Assembly (NCBI GenBank): GCA_963693365.1
Contig: CAVNZM010000008.1
Location: 6,706,830 to 6,770,829 of the forward strand
DNA length: 64,000 bases
DNA from: Amoebidium appalachense
Lineage: Eukaryota > Protista > Ichthyosporea
Direction: 5' to 3'
Shown here: positions 25,702 through 59,760 of the stretch, one piece after another
Layout: each line of letters begins with the position of its first letter
Position numbering within the stretch: position 1 is the first letter of the stretch
Program-made: the position numbers and the translations under genes
The notes under the pieces: model-generated
Seen by the model: the letters and a program-made list of their open reading frames with translations, nothing else
Told to the model about the DNA's origin: nothing
Database searches by the model: none

Positions 25702-26640
25702 GCACAAAAGGGTTTGTGCATTGTCCTTCACATGTGTACTTTTCACTCTGTGACACATTGGCCTCCTCCCCCCCCCCCTTCCGCCCACCCGAACCTCCTT
25801 TCCCCCGATGCCTTGCCCCGCCCCAACCACCCACCCACCTCCCCGTCCCCTCCTTTTCCTCCCCCCCCCCCCCCCCTCCCCGCCCCCCCCCCCCCCCCCC
25901 AAGCCTCCCACGCCCGGCTTATGCTCTATTTCTCTGCTTATTTTCTTCGTTTTTTGTCTGCTTGCAGATTTTGTAGACTCTGCGTTCTTAGATTGCTGCT
26001 CCTTGAACAACCCTGCTCGTCTTTGGCCAAGATGGGTGGACTCGCCTATTGCTGTTGAAACAGAGTATGGGTTGAAAACCACGCGCGAGAGGTTAAAGAG
26101 TCGAAACCCATGCTTCTGTGGAGGCATAGGAACCCCCCTGATGATGGGCTCTGTTCAAGTGTCTTCTGCCTGTACGCATAAATTGTTTGATTTTGGCTTT
26201 CCCCCTTTTGTGACGTTTTTTTGTTGCTCTTTGCAATTGTTGTCTCCTCCATACTTCGAACCCTCTAACGCATACGTCACCCCCGCTTCCTCCCCCCCTC
26301 CCCCCCCCCCCCCTCCCCCCCCCCCAAAAAAAAAAATCCCCCCAAAGCCCAAATCCCCACCCCCTTCTCTCTCTCTCCCACCCAAATTTCACGCTATCAC
26401 CCCCCCCCCCCCCCCCCCCCCCCTCCCCCCACCCCCCTCCCGGCCCCCCCTCATTCTCCCCTCACCCGCCTTCTTCTCTCGCCAAACACAAATAAAACCA
26501 ACACAGGCAAGTCCACACTTGATGTTGGAGCACCAGCCCCCGAGTTAAGTAACAGCAAGGGGTCAGCCGCTACAATGACTCGGTCCAATGTTCTTGCAGC
26601 CCTATTGGCGGTGGTGGTCGCGGCTGCGGCGGCGGCATGA
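22305..26640 (+). CDS. Predicted GPI-anchored cell-surface glycoprotein with two copies of a Cys-containing domain, ~362 aa
   Basis: Exons 22305-22754, 24641-25145 and 26507-26640 splice in frame (phases 0 and 1). N-terminal signal-like segment, Thr-rich linker, repeated VY(K/Q)LNTC motif, several N-X-S/T sites, and C-terminal SNSKGSAATMTRSNVLAALLAVVVAAAAAA-stop. Confidence 0.78.
26150..26280. repeat. Dispersed intronic repeat, copy A
   Basis: The reverse complement aligns to 35065-35185 and 42680-42784 (GTATGCGTTAGA.G.TT.GAA.TATGGAG.AGA.AACAA...CCAAAATCAAACAATT.A.G.GT.CAGGC). Confidence 0.85.
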
Positions 26641-27093
26641 AAACCGTTCATAATGGGACTATTGGTTTGAGAATGAAGATAGCAAACCCTATGTCTGAGC
26701 AAAGTTAAGGATAGCAGTTGCTGTGTTTGAGTTACGTTTTGTAATATGTTTCATGTCTAATCTAGAGGACTTATTCTGCATTTAGGATGGCAACCCGGAT
26801 GTTTCTGAGTTGAACTTCATGAATGTTGTGATACTCCTTGCAAGGTCGTGTACATGCATAAGCATATATGGCGGTTTTGCATTTCATCGCTGTGACAGTG
26901 TGTGTACATAAACTGGCAAACTGCAAAGTACCGGGAAACTTAAGTTACGATCAGTAAAGTTGTCTGTAATTTCCCCTTGAATTTGTGGGCGGTCTGTAGC
27001 TGTCGTCATGCACACAAAGACTCTCTGACATTGACTCAGCCTGTATTTTGTGGAAGTGCCAATTAAATAGAAACTTTGATTACCAAATTATAA

Positions 27094-27164
27094 GCGCCGT
27101 TGGTGTAGTGGTATCATGGAAGCCTCCCAAGCTTTCGACCCGGGTTCGATTCCCGGGCGGCGCA
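27094..27164 (+). tRNA. trnG-CCC: tRNA-Gly (anticodon CCC), intronless
   Basis: GCGCCGT/GCGGCGC acceptor stem, TGGTGTAGTGG A box, GAAGC-CTCCCAA-GCTTT anticodon arm, CCGGG-TTCGATT-CCCGG T arm. Confidence 0.97.
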
Positions 27165-27167
27165 TCC

Positions 27168-27179
27168 TTTTTTTTTTTT
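27168..27179 (+). terminator. RNA polymerase III oligo-dT terminator of the tRNA gene
   Basis: T run beginning 4 nt after the discriminator base. Confidence 0.8.
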
Positions 27180-27843
27180 CATGCCCAACTTTCCCTTTCC
27201 CGTTACATTTTTGATTTCGTGGACACGTGTACTGTGGCAAGGCAAATATGTAGCTGCCCAAATTTGCACGAAGCCTGAATCTGTACTTGCACATAAGCCG
27301 GCCGTCTAGATATGCACACGTCTATTCCGGAGCCAAATACTCGCGCATGCCGGGGCGGAGCAATAGCCTACTTGTGTGCGAATACCACACAGCGCACTCA
27401 ACACCAGCCCAGGAAAGCTAACAGACCTCCTTTGAATGTGACTTCTTTATTATTCCGTAGTTATCTGCATTTGTGGACTTCCCGCATTACATGCAGATTA
27501 CATGTTTGCTAGCTGCTCGCCTCTTTGTCTGGTTGGTACAGTGTGTACTCTGTGCCAGAGGTTGTGTGTGTGCAGATATTCTTTCCTACCCGGGAAAGAC
27601 CATGTGTACATGTAATTGTGTGTTCGAATTGTTTATCACCATGCAGCTACCGTTACGGTTTGTGTATGCAATGTTGGCAAATGTGTCACTGATTGGTTAC
27701 ATTTGGTGTGCAAATACAAGACAAATGTGTGGTTTATGAACAGCCAGGCTAACAAACACCAGCCATATTTAAACAGTTTTTTACGTTTTCCTTCTGTTCC
27801 TCATACGTGCAACACACATCCCCATTGAGAGATACTTCTTAGA

Positions 27844-47665
<19,822 letters not shown>

Positions 47666-48127
47666 GGTGCCTGTGTGGGTGCTTCTATGGTATGCCTACT
47701 GAAGGGGTGGGCATAAACCCGGCTTGTGCAAAGAGCTGTAGAGATTGCCTTGGGCCACGGTTTGTGACAAAGTGAGCACAAGCCAGCTGCCTGCTAAGTC
47801 GAAGGAAAGAAGGCAACCTTGTGCTTGCATGCTCAGTCAGAACTTGCTGTCAGGACTCTCTTCTGTGAGCGCGCCAAAAACGCATCCAATCATATGACAG
47901 GCATGACGTCATAGTGTTGAATGATCCTGGAACACATGTTCCACTTTCTCGACGTGCAAACTTTTTGGGAAAAGGCATTGGAAAAGGCTTGATCCGAAAA
48001 AAAAAAATCATTCACAGCACAAAATACATGGAATAAACCGGAATGTCTAAAAGATACACACAAACACGCACACACAAAACGACGACACATACACAAACAC
48101 ACAGTGACACACACATGCATATGTATA

Positions 48128-48179
48128 CGTAGGGCTACCTTTCCGTAGGGCTACCTTTCCGTAGGGCTACCTTTCCGTA
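48128..48179. repeat. 16-bp tandem repeat, 3 copies
   Basis: Unit CGTAGGGCTACCTTTC. Confidence 0.9.
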
Positions 48180-49171
48180 ACACACACACATTGGTGTACT
48201 ACACGGACGGCCATATACACACACAGTTACACACACACCTGAACACATGCACACACACAAACACACAAACACACAGACTCGCTCACACACAAACAATGAC
48301 ACACGCGTCCACGTAGACCCATGTACCCCCGTGCACAAGCACACATACACCCACACACGTACGCACGTGTACATACATACACACACACACCCTCGTGCCA
48401 TGCACCCACGCACATGCACACTGTTACATGCACATGTGGTGTGCATGCACACACGTTCACACGCGCATACACACACTCGCACAGCCATACACAGTGTCAA
48501 ACACACATTTTTACGTGCACATACATGTACTGTAACACACTGTCAGGTGCACACACGCCCACACGTGCACACAAACACACACACATGTACACGCACACAC
48601 GCACGCACGCACACGTATATGAATACACACACACACGCACACACCGTGACATGAACACACACATGTGGCACGTACATAATACATGTATGAGTAGGCATAT
48701 TGGGTGTCCGCACACCTAGGTGCACACACAACACCTTGTGCACACGTCAGACTGCATCACAAATAAAAGAAGGCTTTGTATTGCGAAAGGAGAGGAAGTT
48801 AAAAAGGTTGGCCGGGGGGGGGGGGGGGGGAGAGGGGAGAGGGGGGAGGGGAGACGGGGCCGGGGGGAGGGGGGAGGGGAGAGGGGGGGGGGGGGGGGGG
48901 GGGGGCATGGATGGGGGGGGGGGGGGGGGGGGAGGGGGGAGGGAGCCAACATAATATACAACCAGTCGACTCACACGGGCAGGACTCAGGTGCATCTAAT
49001 AAAGGAGTAGCTGAGTATGGACGAACGCACACAATGTAATACAGTGTCACAAAGAGCATCATAAGTCGTGCACGAGCATGAACTAAAAACGAAAAAAAAA
49101 AAAAAAAAAAAAAAAAAAGGGTAAAAAATAATAATAATAAAAACTGAAAAACTGAAAAAGCTTTTGGGGGG

Positions 49172-49202
<31 letters not shown>

Positions 49203-49959
49203 AGGGGCGGGATTAGGAAGGGGGAAAGGGACCATATGAATATCATTAGTCCACAGTTGCACGTGTATGTATGGGAAAGGGAAACGAACCACTGGGTAAG
49301 ACATGTGTTGTTCGGGACCACAGAAGCTCAACTCGACGTACTGTAGGCTATACCTAATTGTGATTAATATTGTATGGGGCTCGGCCCATTGAACAGCAGT
49401 GTCCAGTACCTGGTGCAATAAAATTAATTGGAATGGTTGACGTTATCGTCTCTCCGGGGGGGGGGGGGGGGGGGGGGGGGAGAATAAATATAAAGCTGTT
49501 TTTAAAAGTCTGCGTGCACGTGTGGGTGTGAGTTTGCTGGTGACTGTGCTCACCCTAAATGATGACATGAAAATACAGTATGGCAATTGCGGGTGTGAAA
49601 TAGAAATGAAAAGGGAAACTGCTCGACACCTGAAGATAGGGCGCGTACTGAAAGTCTTCAACCGTACCGATCAGAGGTCGGTTTAATACAGTAAGTAGGT
49701 CACATTATATGCCTTGTCTCTTTTGGGGGGGAATGTTCGTGGTGGACCTTAGCACACCTCCAACAAAACACAATGTGGAGTCACACACACATAAACGCAC
49801 ACAACACACGCACGTGCGTACCTGTCAAACATACGCACACCGTGACATGCACAAAACACACACGAGCGCACACGGTGACACATGCACATGCAGAAGCATA
49901 CGCACACACGCACACCGTGCACACACCACGAACACACGCGCCTGCCGCGCACACGCACG

Positions 49960-49998
<39 letters not shown>

Positions 49999-50009
49999 AC
50001 CCACCCACA

Positions 50010-50044
<35 letters not shown>

Positions 50045-50711
50045 TGACACACACACTGACACACACACACACACACACAAACTGCATTATAGCACCGCGG
50101 CAGTTGATATGGGAGGGAGGGGGGGGAGAGGGGGGGGGGGGGGGGGGGGGATATCGATACACTCTCTCCCCTTGGTTTAGCGTGAAGGATCTGTACACCC
50201 CCACTGCAGTCTACAGTGATGGTGATCAGCGCACATGGTCGTGTACGTGAACCAAGGGGGCAGCATATCGAGTCATGGACCACAGGAACGGCGGCATGCC
50301 ATTTCCTAATCGGGCACCATTCAGTGCAGGGTATTTCAATTCGTAACGTTCGTGTGTTGGTACTCACACATCTACAAAAAAAAAAAATAATGACCCGATG
50401 TGATGTTTGCACATGATACTCGGCCGCGGGCTGTCACAGTACAAAAGTTCGGCTTCACTTTCCCTCTCACTCCTCCATATTCCTTCACCACTTCTCTCAG
50501 TCGGGTGGCTTCAGACCTTTTTCTGTACCGCCACTCTCGTGGTTTTCGTTTAGTCTTCAACTCTTTCAGCTTTCTTTCTTCAGCTTAAAAGTCAAAAGTC
50601 AGCTAACAATTTTAGATCTGGCGGTCCCTGACTGCCTTTCTTTCTGAGTTTCTGCAAGCTGCAGCCGCCTTATAATTAAGCTCTAAGTAGAATTGTATTC
50701 GAACACCCAGA

Positions 50712-53283
50712 ATGTCGGGCATAACAGATTTTACCTTGGTAAGGAATTACGAGAGGCTGGAGATGGAAAACAAGCAAATGTTGGAGCGGTTGGTAACTGC
50801 TGCCCGCGGCCGTGAACTCCAAGAGAGTGAAGCGTCAGTGGAGACACGGGAAAGGAAGCTGAGGCGGGAGAGAACACGGCTGGAGGAAGACATGTGTGTG
50901 TGTGTGTGTGTTGTACATGTGCGTGTGCGCGTGACTGTGTGCGTTCGTGCGTGCGTGCGTGCGTGCGTGTGTGTGTTGTGTTCGCGCGTGTGCGTAGCAT
51001 AATTATTGTTTATCACGGTGTGTGTGTGTGGTGCGCAAATTAATGACTTTATTTCTTTTTTTTTTTTTCCTTCGTTTTTTAAGTTTATGTCGTGGGAACG
51101 AGGAGTGGAAGTAGGGATACTATTAGTCTTCTCGAGGATCCCATTGTTCCTTTGGTTTCACCTTTGCCTTCTCACTCTCACAGTTACACATATTTTCTTA
51201 TACTCTCCCCTTCCTTCGTCCATCCTCCCCGGCCCCCCCCTCCCCTCCCCCCCCCCCCCCCCCCTCCCCCCCCCCCCCCCCCGGCCCCCCGCCCCGCCCC
51301 AGAAAAAAGACAAAAAAAACACACACCCTTTCTCTTCTTCAATCCCTCACTATCTCTCCTCCTCCTCCTGCCATACGCCTCCCCTCCTCTGCCCCTGCTT
51401 TTTTCTAGCCCCCGGGGCCCCTCCCTTTCCCTCCGACTTGAGGCACCCCTAAAGGCTTTTCTCCCACCCTCCCTCCTCCCTTGCTCCTTCTCTCTCTCTT
51501 CATCGTCTTCCCACCTCCCTCCCACGCTCTTTCCTCTACACCTTCTGCATTATTCTTGTCTCTCCTGAGATTGGAACCTCCCCATCCCCCCCCCCCCCCC
51601 CCCCCCCCCCCCCCACCCACCCACCCACCCACTCACCCACCCACCCACCCACCCACCCAATCACCCTCGGAGTCTTCCTCTTTTTTGAATCCCTACATGC
51701 CAGTCTATGTTACAGCACAACAAAAGCAGTAAATGCATAATGTGCATTGAGTGACTTTTCGAGTTACTTCACAGGAAGCGGTTTCCAGCCGAGTGGGAGT
51801 CTGTGCGTGTCCTCAACGCACATGCCGACGACCGCATTGTGCTGGACGTGGGTGGCCGCCATTTTGCTACCACAAGGCAGACCTTGTGCTCGGCCCCCGA
51901 CCCCATGCTGGCCTGCATGGTTCAGCGGCCGCCACGCCATCCAGGCACGCCCCGACGGCACCGTCTTCATCGATCGCTCCCCCCTGATGTTCGAATACGT
52001 CCTCGACTACGTTCGCAATGGGGGGCGTAATGTGGTCCTCCCCTCGGACGAAAAAATGGTGGAAAGCATTTGGGCGGAGTTTGATTTTTTCGCACTGCCG
52101 TGGGCGAGGGAGAACACGGCACACGGCGATGTGATCAACATTATGCGCAATCACATGGGGTCCACGGTTCTTGATAAGCCCTTAGGAAAAATAACACAAT
52201 TACAGCTAGGTTCAAATCGGGTTTTGACGAATTCGTGGAAAGACAACTTTTACGAGATTGCACTGCGGGACACGTCTACAGCGGCATGATTAAGGGCTGG
52301 ACACGCAGCTGTTATAGCCGGGATAAAATCCCCGTTTGGATAATCTCGGGCAATTACGTCGCCGAAGCCAATAAGGATGGGTTTGTGCTGTACCAGAGCC
52401 ATGACGGGGCACGGGTGGGCTCGTTCACGTTCCCCTACTAGCCAAACCCAGAGTACAGACTCTTTGCGTTTCAGGTGGTAGACGACAGGTATGTGGTCAC
52501 GCTGTGGTCGCGTTCGCAAGTGTCGATATTTAGGGTCCCTGCTTTTTCACACCTGTGCGCTCACGACGTGTCAACCGGCGGCCAAGCGTGGTTGAAGGAA
52601 TGCCAACCAGCTTCGTTCTACAGCGATCCGAATCTCGCCTGTACCACGGTGTCTCTCACTGGTGTTCCCGGTATGTTTCTCCTCCTGAATGATGGGTTGC
52701 TGTGTGTAAACGTGTAATCGTGTGTAAACGCGGCGTCCGGAAAAGCAATCGAGTGTGAAGAGCAGGTAGTGCCACAGTACAACTTGGATTATGCTGCCCC
52801 GGTGGTGGTTGACGGGGTGATCCGTATGCTGTGGACAAAAGCAATTTTCCTCGGGCATGATGAAGCCTTTCAGGTGAATTCAATACCGAAGTTTGGATTG
52901 GCGCATGGGACCTTAATGGGGAAAGGGTCCTGAAAGATCAGCGGCTTGACGCCATGTTATTCGCGCCAGGCCCAGGTCTTCGACCTTACGCCTTCCGGTA
53001 CCGTACCACACGGTGGGTCTGCCCGGACGTGGTGGCCCAGGCCACGGCCAAGGGCCTCACACTGTATCGGTTGGTATTTTCGGCGGACAACACGGTGGTG
53101 GAGGTGGCACCGTATTCGGTCACCTTGCGTCTGGATGATATAGATTGGTGGGCCCAGGCCCGCTGTGTGGATCATGGTCGGGGTGGTCTTGAAGTAGTAG
53201 CAACAGGCCCTGATGGCCGCGTGAAAGTGTGGGTGCCTCACGCCAAAAACGCCCTTGGGCAAACCCACACAGATCAGCAGTAG
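50712..53283 (+). pseudogene. Coiled-coil + BTB/POZ (KCTD/T1-type) + PQQ-like beta-propeller pseudogene
   Basis: Exon 50712-50893 splices (phase 2) to 51775. BTB motifs IVLDVGGRHFATTRQTL, MFSGRH, DGTVFIDRSPLMFEYVLDYVRNG and AEFDFFAL. Disablements: extra G at 51920, frameshift near 52265, in-frame TAG at 52439-52441, in-frame TAA at 52715-52717, further frameshift near 52900. Confidence 0.85.
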
Positions 53284-53530
53284 TAGTTTAGTACCGTGGG
53301 CTTGTAGCACAATCGGGTGGGATACAGGCCTGTATGCGTGACACAATGGCGAGTTGTTTGGCTATTTGTAATATGGCCACTCTGATATGTTTGAATACCG
53401 TAGGAAAATAAGGAATTCGTATGATGTGAAGAGTCTAGATCTTAGAATTGAGTCCTGTGGCCGGGGTGATTTGAGCTCGAGTTGTGAGCAGCGCTAGCCT
53501 AACATTATGTTCCTTCCTTTTTTCCTCTTC

Positions 53531-53563
<33 letters not shown>

Positions 53564-54718
53564 TTTTTTTTTGATTTCATAGATTCGAAAACATATGCGC
53601 ACCAAAACTTTCCGCCCGAATTTCCATATTTGGTTATAATCAGTCAGATCTCCCGTGAAATAGTGGTTAATGCAATTTTTTGGGAAGATTGCAGTTAAAA
53701 GTTCATAAACGGTTTAGAAAGTTACATGGCAGTGTTCATATTTTTGTTTTAATATACAGTTATTTGTTATTAATCCCTATAAGTATCTTTCTGCACATAT
53801 TTCACGACCTATAGCTACTATCAATATATGTTGCAATATGGATCACTGGCAAACTGTATCAATACCAGATATTTCAGCATTTACCTGGTGTGCAACTATG
53901 GTAAGGCACTGGGTTGTCTTCGAGCAACATTTTCAAAGATTAAAGTCTGACTACAGCTACTCGAGTCCTTCCCTAGGCCTATCCCCCCCTCCCTCCCCCC
54001 CCCCCCCCCTCCCCCCCCGCTCTCCTCCCTCCCCTCCCCCCTCGTCCCCTACTTCTAGTAATATGTGAATTTAGCTAGAAGTGTCTGAAAGTTTGCCCAC
54101 ACGGTTGACTTGGGTACGTGTCAAATGATGTGCACCAAGTCAACTAACCAGACACCCACACAGCGGCCCATGTTGATATATGGACACACACGAATATTCT
54201 GATGCTGAGATCTACAGGTGCAAAGTAACCGTTACGTACACATAGAATTTTAAAACACGCGTGCACTACTAACTGCCTTGAGCATGAGCCGGCGACACCA
54301 TCTGGGCGCTTCTAACACGCATGCGTGCATGGGTGTACAGACACACACACACACAGGCACACGTGCACGCACGCACGCGCGCGCTTTATGTAGAGAATGC
54401 ACTTTATGTAGAGAACGAGAAAGGAAGAGGGTTCCAGAGCTCGAGAAAAAGAGATAAATAGCTCGAGAGAGAGAGGGAGGGAGAGAATGAGAGAGACTTG
54501 TCATAAAGAGCTCGAAAGAAAGAGCTCGGGTGCTCTAGAGAGAGGGGGGGAGGGAGGGGAAGGAGGGAGAGGGAGAGAGAGGGTGGGTGGGTGGGTGGGC
54601 GGGAGAGAGGGAGGGGTGGGAGGGAGGGAGGGAGGGAGGAAGGGAGGCAGAGAGGGAGGAAGGGAGGGAGGGAGGGAGGGCGGGGAGGGGGGGGGGGGGA
54701 AGGGAGAAATAGAGGGAG

Positions 54719-55911
<1,193 letters not shown>

Positions 55912-55915
<4 letters not shown>

Positions 55916-56205
55916 GCACGTTTGTACATACATTCGTAGTGGGGCTCGGGGCCAGGGGCTCATCATAGAATTCGAAAGCTTTACGTGCCGGGCATTGCAC
56001 ACACCGGTGCAGGCTCAGCACGCACCTGAACCAATCCGAGATGCACGGTATTATACACCTATGTACAAGCAGGTTAGCATCCGAATACATCAGTTTAGAA
56101 TCAGAGGCAGTAAACCTACAAAATATGGGCATTCCCGGCGCTGGGACTAGACCCCAAGACCTCGAGGCTGGGTCGACACTCAACACCGCTGGGCTGCAGC
56201 GGCAC
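55912..56205 (-). mobile_element. Possible degenerate tRNA-derived SINE with a (CA)n tail
   Basis: Minus strand shows an A-box-like CAGCCCAGCGG and a T-arm-like TTGGG-GTCTAGT-CCCAG at tRNA-like spacing, then ~220 nt of unique sequence ending in (CA)n. Only one copy is seen. Confidence 0.35.
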
Positions 56206-57044
56206 AGAGATCTATTCTTGATGCCAGTCGCGGAATGTGATGTGCTAACAGCCAATCGGTGTACATAAAGGCGATGATTGGATAGAGAATCTAATCTATT
56301 GATCCAATCAACAGCGCGATAACGGATCTATTCAATCTATTGCGAGTGTATGAGCGCTCTTGGCAAGTAGTACAACAACGATTAGGCCTACACATAGGCT
56401 ACACATTCAACGCAGAACATTCAACTGCACTTTGACAACATAAGATGCTACACCTGAAATTACTACAGTAATGATAAAACAAATCATCCAAAAGACAGCT
56501 TTTTCTATAATTAGCATACCTGCATGTTATTCGAAAAGTACACCCGTTACTAAAGTACATGTAAATACATGTAAACATGGGTGCACATGCATGCATGCAC
56601 TATCTCATCGTAGACCATAATTCAACGGCTTCTTACTGCACTTACAACCCAGTCATTTAGGGTCCATGTAAATCATAAGCAATAGTGCTATTTTACCAAA
56701 TGCAACAACCATATTGCGCTCAAAAATCACCTCCGCTGCACGACGCTGCGTAGCATGGTTGTGCACGTGTACATTTACAGTCCTAGTTGGAACCACCTGA
56801 CAACCACAAATTTGATCATGATAGACTTCAGTGAGTTTAGCGGTGTGTGAAAGAACTTTGCTCATCCTGTTCATGTGCACGACACTAGCTGCGCGAAGAC
56901 TGCAAAATCCGGCTTCAAATAATTATATAATTAATTAGTATATTTATAATTAATAATAATCTAGCTGTTCAACGGAATTCGTGCCAAAGTTTATCGCCCA
57001 CTTTCTACTAAGGACACACACATTCGGTATATAGCTAATTCATC

Positions 57045-57505
57045 ATGGGGCTAAGTGGCTTTTATTTGTTTTCCCTGTTTTCTTTGTCTTTTTTCTCTTT
57101 CACGTGTACAGGAGCCATTGTAGATTCGAAGGCAACGGCTCCACCATCGTCCTACACCCTCACAACGAATCCCCAAGTAACGTTAGAGAACTTTCGGTGC
57201 ATGTTTGGAAATAGCGGGGTTTCAGAGAACGTCCTGGATAGCCATTGGGTGGCTTTTACTTCTGCGCTCAAACATTTTGGTAACCCTCCCCCCCCCCCCC
57301 CCCCCCGCCCCCCTCCGCCCCCGTGTACACATACCGCTTGCACGTGCGCACACTTGCACACGTATATCACACATCCATACACCACCTACCCATACACACC
57401 ATGCCTCATACACACTTAGTCGCACATCCAAAAGCACACACAGACTTAGTTACACCCACCAACCAACCAACAAACAAACACACACACATACACACGCATG
57501 CGCGT

Positions 57506-57587
<82 letters not shown>

Positions 57588-58480
57588 CCACGCACACACG
57601 CACACACGCACACACACGTGCACAAAATACACATGCGAAGAGCACACGTAAGTGCACGGATGCGCACACGCACGTGGGGCACACACGCACACAGACGCAC
57701 ACATGCACGCACGAACACATGCACACACTCAAAAATAAAGCACAGAATATGTAAACACGTTCAGGTCCGTGGGGATGAACAGATATGCATGATTCTCACA
57801 CGATCACTCGTACACAAAAGGACTGGGGTTTATTGCCTCTTGAAGACCCCCCCCCCCCCCCCCCTCCCCCTCCTCTCCCACCCCACCCTCCAACCTCAGG
57901 CTTAGTGCGGCCATGATCAGGGCCACTTTTTTCCCATTTTTGCCAAAGTTTCGTAATCTCATTATCCAGGCACTCACAGGTATCTACGATCGTCTGGAGA
58001 TTGCCGTGCTTCTTGGTCAGATCTCCCACGAGACTGGTGGTCTTTCATCGCTGACGGAGGAATGTGCCCAGACAGGCCTGTGCCCATACAAGGGATACAC
58101 GGTGTATCCTAAAAACATAGAAAACTGGTGTGGGGTGAGCGCAAATCCAAAAAGGTATGCATGGAATGTGAGCTAGGGGTAGGAACGGGGCCCAGGTGTT
58201 TAGTTTGGATGGTGGGAAATGTGTATGTGTGCTTGCGTGTGTGCTTGCGTGTGTGTGTGTGTGGTAGTGGAGAAGGGGATGGTGGGGTGGGGTGAGGGCT
58301 GGGAAGGGGGGAGAGGGGGGGAGCGGGAGGGGGAGGGGGGAGCGGGGAGGGGGGAGCACGGAGATGGGTTGAGCTGGATGTGGTGGTGAGTGGGGCAGGA
58401 TTGGAAGGCAGAAAGCGATGGGGGAGGGGGGGGGAGGGGGGGGGAGCAGAGGCAGTGGCTGGGGAGAGGGAGAGAAAGAA

Positions 58481-58522
<42 letters not shown>

Positions 58523-59719
58523 CGTAGTGTGCAAACATGGTGCCTCTGACTTTTAACGCATGGCTGCACTTCCCACATAAAATATATGCTAATGAAGGTG
58601 TCATATTCAGCCCGTGTGATAACTAACTAATCATGGCCCACATGCAGGCAGTACTTTGGGCGCGGTGTGCTCCCCCTCACGTGGCCATGCAACTACCACA
58701 CCGTGGGCCAATCGTTGGGCCTGGACCTCGTCAACAACCCCGACCTATTGGCTACAAATCACACCATAGCATACCACTCTGCCCTCCTCTGGTGGACGTC
58801 CGACCCTCTCGCCATGGGTTTACAGACCAATCAAACACGGTTGTCTATGTCACAACTAGCCAAATATGGTTATTTTGGCAATGTCACGGAACGAATCAGA
58901 AGGGATAACTGCGTGAGTTTTGATTCGCAGGCAGTACGTGTGGAGGCATACCAACAGGCACGTGCCTGCATGGGATTGGTTCGTGAGAGCCAATCAAAGC
59001 AGCTCTACTGTGGTAACGTTACCGCCCCCAATACCACCGACATAGCTGCAAACTGCAAACCCTATCTGGTGGGTGCCCGTAACCTCAAGCCCCCCCTCCC
59101 TGCCTCTCTCCCCCCGTCTTCCCTCCCTCCCGGCTTCATACAGCCTCACTCTCCCAGCACTCCCTCCCTCCCCAACTTGATTCTTCATCCCGCTCCACCC
59201 CCCCCCCCTCCTCCCCCCCTCTCACCCACCCACACACGCACGCACCCCCGTCATCACTCGCCCGGCCCGCACCCACTCGCTCGTCCCACTTCTTTCCCTG
59301 TCATATATTTCACTTTTCCTTTTCCCACCTGTTTGCGCTCTCTCATTCATAACCCCCCCCCCCCCCCCCCCTCCCCCCCCCCCTCCTCCCCCTCCCCCTC
59401 CCGAGACCCTTAGGGTGCCCTGCCACAAAATTTTCGTTCCCTCCTCCCAGTGCCTCTCCCTCTTTCAATCCTTTCCCCTCCCCCCTCCCACCCCCCCCCC
59501 CCCCCCCAATCCTCCCCCTTCTAACAAAACCTTTGCATAGGGTCATGCCCTCTCTTTCTCTCTGTTCTGTTCCTGTCCCTTCCCCTCCCCTCCTGATATA
59601 TCGCCTTCCTTCCACCCCCTCCCACCCCCTTGCATATGCCTATAACACCCTCAAACCCTCTAAAACTATAACTTCATATCATCAATCCCCCTCCCCTCCC
59701 CCCCTCCATTACACACTTG

Positions 59720-59760
<41 letters not shown>

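Noticed and set aside
53390-53700. Possible second Kolobok-like MITE (two AGATCT motifs, one TTAA)
   Set aside because: No matching left TTAA or recognisable TIR.
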